Shown piece after piece: positions 56,936 through 64,000 of a stretch of 64,000 nucleotides of DNA. A program made the position numbers and the translations under genes. A model generated the notes under the pieces. The model was not told where the DNA came from, did not search any database, and worked only from the letters and a program-made list of their open reading frames with translations. The DNA is from Clostridia bacterium. GTDB taxonomy: Bacteria > Bacillota > Clostridia > Christensenellales > CAG-917. How positions within the stretch are numbered: the stretch's first letter is position 1; every line of letters starts with the position of its first letter. Location: contig JAFZVB010000004.1 in NCBI GenBank assembly GCA_017618055.1, forward strand, positions 28,601 through 92,600, given 5' to 3'.

Positions 56936-58220
56936 TTTAAAACGTAATGAAAGAATACAAATAAAGAACGGTTCCAAGGCTGAAGTCATCCAAAAGATTG
57001 GCGAAGGTGGACAAGGTGCTGTTTATAAGGTTCATTATGCAAGAGAAGATTATGCGATGAAGCTATATTTCCCACGTTCTATTAAAAAGAAAAATGAATT
57101 TTACTCTAATTTAGAGAATAACATAGTTAACGGATCTCCAAATGAATCTTTCTTGTGGCCTTTATATATAACCGAAATGAGAAACGGAACCTTTGGTTAT
57201 TTAATGAGATTGAGACCAGCAGGATATGAAGATTTTTCTAAGATATTAACAGCAAAAGTACAAATGAATAGTGATATGGCAATTATAAATGCAGCACTTC
57301 ATTTGGTTAACGCTTTTAAGGATTTACATAGTAAAGGGTATAGTTACCAAGACTTAAATGACGGCAACTTCTTTATTAATCCAGAAAACGGAGATGTATT
57401 AATTTGTGATAACGATAACGTTGCACCATACGGACAGAATGTAGGTGTAGATGGAAAGAGTAGATATATTGCTCCAGAAGTAGTTACAGGAAAGAGTAGA
57501 CCAAACGTACATACAGATAGGTTCTCTCTTGCTGTTGTACTTTTCATGTTGTTCTTTAGAGGACATCCGTTTGAAGGAGCAAAGACTGCATCTCATTGTT
57601 GCTTAACAGAACAACTAGAAAAAGAGTATTACGGAGTACATCCATTATTCTGTTATGATCCAAAAGATGAAAGCAACCGTCCTGTAAGGGGCATACACAA
57701 CAATGTAATAAGATTATGGAATATGTATCCTAGATACATACAAGATGCGTTTATAAAGGTTTTTACGGCCGGCATTAAGGATGTAAACGAGAGATTAACA
57801 GAAAGAGAGTGGACTAATATCTTATTAAGATATAGAAACTCTACAATTAAATGTTCCTGTGGCTGTTATAACACCTTTGAAGATGAGAAACAAGAAAAGC
57901 TCACTTGTGCAGATTGTGGTGTAGAGATAAATAGACCACTCGTTTTAACAATAAACAAAAACAAGATATTCTTATATCCTGAAACCAGGTTATACACATA
58001 TCAAATAGAAGATAGCCAAGACCTATTCCAAGAAGCGGGTATGGTTATTATAAATAAAGCAAATAAATCGCTTTGGGGATTAAAGAATCTATCTAAGAGA
58101 GGATGGATTGTGGAATACTCAAGCGGAGAACAAAAATCAGTTCCATATGGAGGAGTATTGTTCCTATTGAAAGGAACAAAGATTTTCTTTGGAAATGAAT
58201 ATAGTGGAGAAATAAACTAG
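56928..58220 (+). CDS. atypical Ser/Thr protein-kinase-like protein + zinc ribbon + FHA-like C-terminal domain
   Basis: 430 aa. Kinase-like motifs: Gly loop IGEGGQGAVYKV, VAIK-like YAMKLY, catalytic loop YQDLNDGN (where HRDLKxxN is expected), DFG position CDNDN, and APE YIAPEV. These are followed by CSCGC...CADCG and a beta-rich tail (WGLKNLSKRGWIV...GTKIFFGNE). Confidence 0.65.
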   Translation: MIDLKRNERIQIKNGSKAEVIQKIGEGGQGAVYKVHYAREDYAMKLYFPRSIKKKNEFYSNLENNIVNGSPNESFLWPLYITEMRNGTFGYLMRLRPAGYEDFSKILTAKVQMNSDMAIINAALHLVNAFKDLHSKGYSYQDLNDGNFFINPENGDVLICDNDNVAPYGQNVGVDGKSRYIAPEVVTGKSRPNVHTDRFSLAVVLFMLFFRGHPFEGAKTASHCCLTEQLEKEYYGVHPLFCYDPKDESNRPVRGIHNNVIRLWNMYPRYIQDAFIKVFTAGIKDVNERLTEREWTNILLRYRNSTIKCSCGCYNTFEDEKQEKLTCADCGVEINRPLVLTINKNKIFLYPETRLYTYQIEDSQDLFQEAGMVIINKANKSLWGLKNLSKRGWIVEYSSGEQKSVPYGGVLFLLKGTKIFFGNEYSGEIN

Positions 58221-58231
58221 GGGGCAAAATT

Positions 58232-58945
58232 ATGGGTAAGTATGATAATGTAGAAGGAATAGCAAGACGTACAATGATACTATTTTTCTTAATAGACACA
58301 TCTAATAGTATGAGCGGTACAAAAATCGGTGAAGTTAATGATGCTATCGAAGGTGTAATACCAGAGATTAAAGAAATATCTTCATCTAATGCAGATGCTT
58401 TAATAAAGATAGCTTGTTTAACATTCTCAACAGGAGTTAAGTGGATGTATCCAAATCCTGTAGATGTAAATGACTTCAAGTGGAGTTATGTTAATGCAGG
58501 CGGCATGACAGAAATGGGCAAGGCTTTTGAAGTATTAAATGAGAAGTTATCCAGAAATGAGTTTATGGCAGAAGTTGCAGGATCATATGCTCCAGCAATA
58601 TTCCTTCTTTCAGACGGTGCCCCAACAGATGAATATAAGGATGCAATAGAAAAACTTAAGAAGAACAACTGGTTCAAATATGCATTAAAAGCAGCAGTTG
58701 CAATTGGAGATGATGCAGACAAAGATATGCTAGCCTCATTCACAGGGGATGATGAATTAGTGCTCACAGCACACTCTCCAGAAGCATTAAGAAAGGTCAT
58801 AAGATTTGTTAGTGTAACAGCATCTAAGATTGGAAGCAAGAGTTCAGTATCTGCTCAAACAACCAATGCAAAGCAAGATGATTTCGCAGAACAAATCACA
58901 GAATTCAATAGCGATTTAATAGATTCACAAAATGATAATTGGTAA
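58232..58945 (+). CDS. von Willebrand factor A domain protein, TerY-like
   Basis: 237 aa with MIDAS LIDTSNSMSG, downstream GGMTEMG and LLSDGAPTD. Size and layout match TerY-type vWA proteins. SD AGGGGG. Confidence 0.75.
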   Translation: MGKYDNVEGIARRTMILFFLIDTSNSMSGTKIGEVNDAIEGVIPEIKEISSSNADALIKIACLTFSTGVKWMYPNPVDVNDFKWSYVNAGGMTEMGKAFEVLNEKLSRNEFMAEVAGSYAPAIFLLSDGAPTDEYKDAIEKLKKNNWFKYALKAAVAIGDDADKDMLASFTGDDELVLTAHSPEALRKVIRFVSVTASKIGSKSSVSAQTTNAKQDDFAEQITEFNSDLIDSQNDNW

Positions 58946-59786
58946 TAAAGAAATCTCAAATATCACTTCTTTAGCCATATCTCAAATAGGCGCAAGCCAC
59001 CTAGATTCAGGGATATGCGAAGATAGTTCAGCTGTTTATCAAGACAGCAATATGGCCATTGCTTGTGTTGCAGATGGGCATGGAGATAGTAGATGTTTTA
59101 GGGCAAATCTAGGCTCTAAGTTTGCTGTAGAAATAGGAATTCAATGTGTAAAAGAATTTGTGGCAAACCAACCCAATTTAGACTTTAATGATACAAAAGA
59201 AATAGATAAAGCCTTTGTTCAATTAAAAACTTACATATTATTCAAGTGGTTAGAAAGAACTAAAAACCATCTTTTAGCACACCCAATAGAGGATAGAGAA
59301 ATAGGATTAATGGACCACAAAGATTATAAGGAATACCAAAAAGAAGGTATCTTTAAATCTTACCCAATAATATATGGAAGTACATTTATTCTAGGCTGTG
59401 TAACCAATGGCTTCTATTTTATTCTTCAACTTGGAGATGGAGATGCTGCTGTAGACAATAAGAAGTTTACTATGCCTTTGCCAGAAGATCCAAGATGCTT
59501 TGGTCCATATACAACATCACTGTGCAACGATGATGCCATAGATTCCTTTAGACACTATTATGCAAAAGGTAATCCTAAGGCAATAATGGTTTCAACAGAT
59601 GGACTTGGTAAGTCCTTTGCAGAAGAGCATCGTTTCTTAGACTTATTAGGTGTAATAGAAAAAAACATCGTTGAGTCTGGAGTGGAAGCAGCCAAACCAG
59701 AACTAACAGCATTCTTTGAAAGGCTAACTGAATTGGGAAGCCATGATGATATATCTTTAGGAGCAATAGTAAGAGTAGGTGAGTAA
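58932..59786 (+). CDS. PP2C-family protein phosphatase
   Basis: 284 aa with blocks GICEDS, ACVADGHGDS, LQLGDGDA and VSTDGLG. Overlaps the vWA gene by 14 nt. Confidence 0.7.
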   Translation: MIIGNKEISNITSLAISQIGASHLDSGICEDSSAVYQDSNMAIACVADGHGDSRCFRANLGSKFAVEIGIQCVKEFVANQPNLDFNDTKEIDKAFVQLKTYILFKWLERTKNHLLAHPIEDREIGLMDHKDYKEYQKEGIFKSYPIIYGSTFILGCVTNGFYFILQLGDGDAAVDNKKFTMPLPEDPRCFGPYTTSLCNDDAIDSFRHYYAKGNPKAIMVSTDGLGKSFAEEHRFLDLLGVIEKNIVESGVEAAKPELTAFFERLTELGSHDDISLGAIVRVGE

Positions 59787-62776
59787 TGAGTATTTATGAT
59801 GCATTATATCGAATCATAGACGAGAGTCCTGAAGTCTGTACGAACATTAAAAGGTTCAGAGGTATTCTTTTGGACTTATCTATGGATGATACTGCAAGCG
59901 TAAATCTTATAGAACTTGCCATGAAACAAGGATTGCATGTAAGAGTATCCAAGCTCGCAAGAAACAATCAAAGAGAAATTCAAAACTTAATAACAGATTT
60001 TGTTAAGTCTTTTTCCATAAACCAATCTAGAATCCCTTGGCTCACAGAATTTTTCACGAACATATTTGCAGAAAGAGATTTAGTATCCAAGGATGAAAGA
60101 GGAACAAAACTCAAATTTTCTAAGCAAGGGAAGTATTTGCTATTAGACAAACAAGACTTACCCCTTCCAGTTAAGAATTATGTTCCTTGTGGTTCTGGAA
60201 AACAGGATTATGGTTTCTATTTAGAAGGATTAAAAGAAGAGGATATGTGTGTACATCCAAGAGCTGGAGTATATGCAACCATTTTTGGAATATTACAACG
60301 CAACCTCAATATGAAGCCTTCTTTATTTATAAAGGAGTACGAAAAGAAGAATAAGACTAAGCTCAATTATTCTATGGTATATAGACTTGAGATGATGATT
60401 CTTCTCATGATAAAAAACAATTACATAAAAGAAGATGTAGTTTCTCTTAAATATGAAGGCAATATCGAAGATATAAATGCAGCTTTAGAAGAGATTAACC
60501 ATCTGGGGGAAATGCTTAGTGCTCTTGCAAAGATAGAATATAAGAAATTAAAGTATAAATTCGCATCCTCTGGCATATTCCTTTCTTCTAGAGAAGAAGA
60601 TGGCATCATAGCATACAAAAATGCAACTAAGAGAGAAACAGAATGTAGATATATTTGGAACGAAAGAAACCTTTTATATTCCATAGACAAAACCAACAAC
60701 AAATATCTAGACATACTATTAGAAGAGTTGTTTGACTTTAAGTCTTTCTTGCCAGGACAAAAGGAAGCGTTAATAGACATTCTTAATAAAAAGGATGAAA
60801 GAGAAATCTGTATCATGCCAACAGGCAGCGGAAAGTCTTTAATATATTATTTTGTTGCAATGTTGAATCCATGTCCAACATTTGTAATAGTTCCAACAGA
60901 GATACTTATTTTAGATCAGATTAGAAATCTAAACTTATTCCACGGCATAGACGATGTATTACATCTAACAAGCAATATGAATTATGCAGACTTTGTTCCA
61001 AGCAACAAGTTTATATTCATTACTCCAATGACCTTTATGAATAGGAAGTTAATCAATAGATTAATAGGACTAAACAACAAGCAAATCATTGGTAGTGTAG
61101 TATTAGATGAAGTACATTGTATCTCCAACTGGAGCCATGATTTTAGACCAGAATATTTAATGCTTTCGTTTAATTTAACAGAATTTGTGGATAAGACGAA
61201 GTATATTGGGTTTACAGCCACGGCAAACTATTCCGTTATAAAAGATGTTAAAGAGCAATTAGACATCGATGAAAAGAATATAATCTGTCCTATATCTTTA
61301 AAGAATACTGCAATGAACTTCAGTTATACTGAATGTGGCAATATAGAAGATATTTATACACAGATTGGAAAAGAGATAAGTGCAGCAGTTTCAGACTCTG
61401 TTGAAACATTAAAGAGAACAGTTGTCTTTACAAGAACAGCAAAAGAAGGACAAAAGATCTATGACGGCTTAGATGAATCCATAAGAGAAAATGTAGATGT
61501 TTTCAACAACAGTACATCATCCTATGTGGATTTTGCAGAAGGCGAAACAGATGTTCTTATTGCAGATGATACAATGGGTATTGGCATCAATATGCCAAGT
61601 ATTACAAATATTATCCATATGGGAGCCCCTATATCCAAGAGCGAGTATGTCCAAGAGATGGGTAGAGCCGGAAGAAACGGAATAAAGAGTTCATCATCCA
61701 TAGTTTATCTATCCAAAAAGGAATATAAAGATGATTACAAGAGATTAATAGATAGAAACGTAAAGATAGACAACATCCTTTCACTTTTAAATAGAGCAGA
61801 CTTAGAAGATGAATTCAAAGCAGTAATTGGAAAGATATTTGGCAATGTGGAAGATAAGATGTCTTTCACAAGAAAGGTCATTACAGTATCTGAAAGCATA
61901 CAAAAGATGGATTTGCAAGGTGTCCTTGCTTTCAATGTAAAGAATGTCCATGATTACCAAGAAGTATCCAAGATAATGAGATATCTTTATGTGTTACATA
62001 AAACAGGCATAATTTATTCATGGTACTTTGAAGGTATAAACGAGAAAGAAGGCATAGTTAGTTTCTATATAGATCAAGGTAAAGAAAAAACTAACCTAGA
62101 TAGAGTTAAATGCAGCAGTTTAAACTATATTAATAGTTTAGGTATATACAAGAAAGCAACACATCAAATTAAAGATGCAGGAAGTATAGAAGATGTTATC
62201 ATTGCTTATGTAGAATGGCATTATTCACAATTGCTCTATTACCACAGAGAGCAATTCATAGATATGCTGGATTTCTTGGATGTATATAAAGACAGACCAG
62301 ATGAAGAAAAGAGAGATGCGCTAGAAAGTTATTTTGCATTATCTATATTAGATGTTCAGAGAGATGTTAAGAAGATGGACAATCTTACTATAGAGGAAAT
62401 AATAAGGTTTGCTGAATCATCTCCAACACTTGCAATAGCAGATAACATGAGAAAGAGTAATGAAGGGAAGTATATGGTTAAGATAGACTTATTCTTGCTT
62501 TTATATAACCTCTTCCAATTTGATGACTTTGATAAATCAAGATACAAGAGAATAATAAGCAATCTAAGCAAGGAAGATCTTAATGATTTCATAGATTGTA
62601 TTTATTTGTTCTATAGCAGATTAAAGGATGAAGACAAACTCAACATAATAGATGGACTAGTTCCAGTTATTAAGGTTGGAGATTTGTTAGATATCATATA
62701 TAAAGAAACAACAAAAGATACGGTATACTATTATATTTTTGCATTATATGCAAACAGGGCATTTGGAGAGAAATAA
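59786..62776 (+). CDS. RecQ-family SF2 helicase with large unassigned N-terminal (about 320 aa) and C-terminal (about 350 aa) regions
   Basis: 996 aa. Helicase motifs: motif 0 FLPGQKEAL (from 60746), motif I MPTGSGKSL, motif II VLDEVHCISNWSHDFRPEY, motif III FTATAN, motif V DDTMGIGINMP, and motif VI QEMGRAGRNG (61658-). The start shares one base with the PP2C stop (TAATG). SD AGGTGAG. Confidence 0.8.
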   Translation: MSIYDALYRIIDESPEVCTNIKRFRGILLDLSMDDTASVNLIELAMKQGLHVRVSKLARNNQREIQNLITDFVKSFSINQSRIPWLTEFFTNIFAERDLVSKDERGTKLKFSKQGKYLLLDKQDLPLPVKNYVPCGSGKQDYGFYLEGLKEEDMCVHPRAGVYATIFGILQRNLNMKPSLFIKEYEKKNKTKLNYSMVYRLEMMILLMIKNNYIKEDVVSLKYEGNIEDINAALEEINHLGEMLSALAKIEYKKLKYKFASSGIFLSSREEDGIIAYKNATKRETECRYIWNERNLLYSIDKTNNKYLDILLEELFDFKSFLPGQKEALIDILNKKDEREICIMPTGSGKSLIYYFVAMLNPCPTFVIVPTEILILDQIRNLNLFHGIDDVLHLTSNMNYADFVPSNKFIFITPMTFMNRKLINRLIGLNNKQIIGSVVLDEVHCISNWSHDFRPEYLMLSFNLTEFVDKTKYIGFTATANYSVIKDVKEQLDIDEKNIICPISLKNTAMNFSYTECGNIEDIYTQIGKEISAAVSDSVETLKRTVVFTRTAKEGQKIYDGLDESIRENVDVFNNSTSSYVDFAEGETDVLIADDTMGIGINMPSITNIIHMGAPISKSEYVQEMGRAGRNGIKSSSSIVYLSKKEYKDDYKRLIDRNVKIDNILSLLNRADLEDEFKAVIGKIFGNVEDKMSFTRKVITVSESIQKMDLQGVLAFNVKNVHDYQEVSKIMRYLYVLHKTGIIYSWYFEGINEKEGIVSFYIDQGKEKTNLDRVKCSSLNYINSLGIYKKATHQIKDAGSIEDVIIAYVEWHYSQLLYYHREQFIDMLDFLDVYKDRPDEEKRDALESYFALSILDVQRDVKKMDNLTIEEIIRFAESSPTLAIADNMRKSNEGKYMVKIDLFLLLYNLFQFDDFDKSRYKRIISNLSKEDLNDFIDCIYLFYSRLKDEDKLNIIDGLVPVIKVGDLLDIIYKETTKDTVYYYIFALYANRAFGEK

Positions 62777-62787
62777 AGGAGATAAAT

Positions 62788-63105
62788 ATGAGTGAATTAG
62801 AAAACTTAGTACAAGAGATTGAAAAATTTAAACAAAACGTTAACCAATCCAACGAAATCTATGAGAAGTTAGATAAAGCAATAGACGCAACAGAAGCGGC
62901 AGCAGATTCTCAAAGAGCTTTGAAAGACGAATTAGATGAAATTTCCAAGAAGAATGAAGAGATAGAAAAGGGAATAAAAGATTTAGAAGAAAAGGTAGAG
63001 AAAAACGCTAGCAGACAAGAAAAAATAAGCACTATTATGGGTTATGGATTATGTGCATTAGGCATAGTTTCCATAGTTCTATTAGTCCTAATTCTAGTGT
63101 TATAA
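62788..63105 (+). CDS. tail-anchored coiled-coil membrane protein
   Basis: 105 aa: about 80 aa of heptad-rich acidic coiled coil, then a single C-terminal TM helix (IMGYGLCALGIVSIVLLVLILVL). SD AAGGAG. Confidence 0.55.
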   Translation: MSELENLVQEIEKFKQNVNQSNEIYEKLDKAIDATEAAADSQRALKDELDEISKKNEEIEKGIKDLEEKVEKNASRQEKISTIMGYGLCALGIVSIVLLVLILVL

Positions 63106-63144
63106 CCCTATAAAACAAAACATAAAATAATAAGTGTAAATAAA

Positions 63145-63173
63145 TTGACAACAAAATAATCTTGTATTAAAAT
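63145..63173 (+). promoter_or_regulatory. tRNA-Ile promoter
   Basis: TTGACA (63145-50), 17-nt spacer, TAAAAT (63168-73), about 20 nt upstream of the tRNA. Confidence 0.55.
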
Positions 63174-63193
63174 ATGTACGCTAACGCAAAGAC

Positions 63194-63270
63194 GGGGTTG
63201 TAGCTCAGTTGGTTAGAGCACGCGCCTGATAAGCGCGAGGTCGATAGTTCGAGCCTATTCAACCCCACCA
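63194..63270 (+). tRNA. tRNA-Ile (anticodon GAT), CCA encoded
   Basis: Cloverleaf folded by hand. Acceptor GGGGTTG/CAACCCC, D arm GCTC-AGTTGGTTA-GAGC, anticodon arm CGCGC-CTGATAA-GCGCG, T arm GATAG-TTCGAGC-CTATT, then ACCA. Confidence 0.9.
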
Positions 63271-63276
63271 TAGAAA

Positions 63277-63311
63277 AATGAGCCCATAGTAAATGTGGGT
63301 TCATTTTATTT
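63277..63311 (+). terminator. rho-independent terminator after the tRNA
   Basis: AATGAGCCCA, 9-nt loop, TGGGTTCATT (one G-U pair), running into TTTTATTTTATT. Confidence 0.65.
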
Positions 63312-63371
63312 TATTAAATAAATCAATAGTGAATTTAATATTGATATTACAATAATTTTGGAATGGCAATA

Positions 63372-63426
63372 TTGACATTTAACATCGCAAAGCATATACT
63401 ATTGGAAAATAGGTCGACCGGTCGAC
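63372..63426 (+). promoter_or_regulatory. promoter plus GC-rich 14-bp perfect palindrome upstream of the AAA-ATPase gene
   Basis: TTGACA (63372-77), 17-nt spacer, TATACT (63395-63400). The palindrome GTCGACCGGTCGAC (63413-26) follows, between the predicted TSS and the SD. Confidence 0.5.
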
Positions 63427-63451
63427 TAAATTTCAAAAGGAAAGTTTGATA

Positions 63452-64000
63452 ATGAGAAAAATTAACAGAGATTTTTATTTGAATGAACTCATCTCTCGTA
63501 AAGAAAATGGGCTAATAAAAGTCATAACGGGTATTCGTCGTTGTGGGAAAAGTTATTTGCTCTTTACTCTATATAATGATTACCTTATTAATCAAGGTGT
63601 GAATGAAGAAAACATAATTAAAATTGCACTTGATGATGATACAAACAAAGAATACAGGGATCCTCAAAAGCTCTCAGAGTATATTCATAATAGACTCAAA
63701 AATAATGAGGATATGCATTATGTATTTATTGATGAAGTCCAATATGCTATCCGCAAGGAAGATTTGAAGTCAGACAAACCACTTCCTCTCTATGGCGTGT
63801 TAAATGGGTTAATTAGACTCTCAAACATTGATGTTTATGTGACCGGAAGTAATTCTAAATTGCTCTCAAAAGATGTTATGACCGAATTCCGTGGTCGTGG
63901 TGATGAGGTAAGAGTATTTCCACTCTCATTCAAGGAATACTATGAGTTTGTTGGTGGAGATAAAGCAGATGCATATGAAGAATATGCGAGATATGGGGGA
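63452..64000 (+). CDS. AAA-type ATPase (AAA_14/DUF4143-like), N-terminal 183 codons (runs off the window end)
   Basis: Absent from the ORF track because no stop lies in the window. My translation is MRKINRDFYLNELISRKENGLIKVITGIRRCGKSYLL..., with Walker A GIRRCGKS and Walker B VFIDEVQ. Confidence 0.65.
   Translation, partial: MRKINRDFYLNELISRKENGLIKVITGIRRCGKSYLLFTLYNDYLINQGVNEENIIKIALDDDTNKEYRDPQKLSEYIHNRLKNNEDMHYVFIDEVQYAIRKEDLKSDKPLPLYGVLNGLIRLSNIDVYVTGSNSKLLSKDVMTEFRGRGDEVRVFPLSFKEYYEFVGGDKADAYEEYARYGG

Noticed and set aside
63172-63181. 10-nt Y-R alternating tract at the tRNA-Ile promoter, considered as a fifth member of the alternating-tract set
   Set aside because: Runs of 10 are expected more than 100 times by chance in this window, so it is not informative.

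Overview
AT-rich (about one-third GC by eye), standard-code (TGG=Trp; TGA, TAA and TAG all used as stops) Bacillota/Firmicutes-like chromosomal segment covering the replication-origin neighbourhood. Content is mostly densely packed housekeeping genes. These include rpmH-rnpA-yidD-yidC-jag-mnmE-mnmG, gyrB-gyrA, dnaA, recF, dnaN, rsmG, a lone parB, five aminoacyl-tRNA synthetases (aspS, asnS, argS, lysS, gltX), asnA, trxB, ychF and a greA-like gene. There are also several signal-peptide proteins and lipoproteins, including a 1577-aa Cys-repeat protein with a transglutaminase-like C-terminus, and one tRNA-Ile(GAT). Gene orientation flips at about 33.5 kb: 24 of 25 CDS to the left are on minus, and 11 of 12 immediately to the right are on plus. 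A 794-bp non-coding region just left of the flip carries a perfect parS, weak DnaA boxes and an over-represented TTTCTATA repeat. Origin synteny is scrambled, and the best DnaA-box clusters lie elsewhere: upstream of dnaN at 39.45 kb, and between convergent genes at 49.8 kb. The most unusual content is 54.0-63.1 kb. It is a translationally coupled plus-strand gene string ending at the tRNA: membrane-anchored S8 protease, coiled-coil protein, atypical Ser/Thr-kinase-like protein with zinc ribbon, TerY-like vWA protein, PP2C phosphatase, 996-aa RecQ-family helicase with unassignable N- and C-terminal regions, and a tail-anchored coiled-coil protein. I read it as a TerY-P-type phosphorylation triad expanded into a larger, probably conflict/defence-type system whose full composition I do not recognise. 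I saw no CRISPR array, rRNA, transposase or integrase. All calls come from reading the sequence and ORF track by eye; no searches were run, and the motif scans are not exhaustive.
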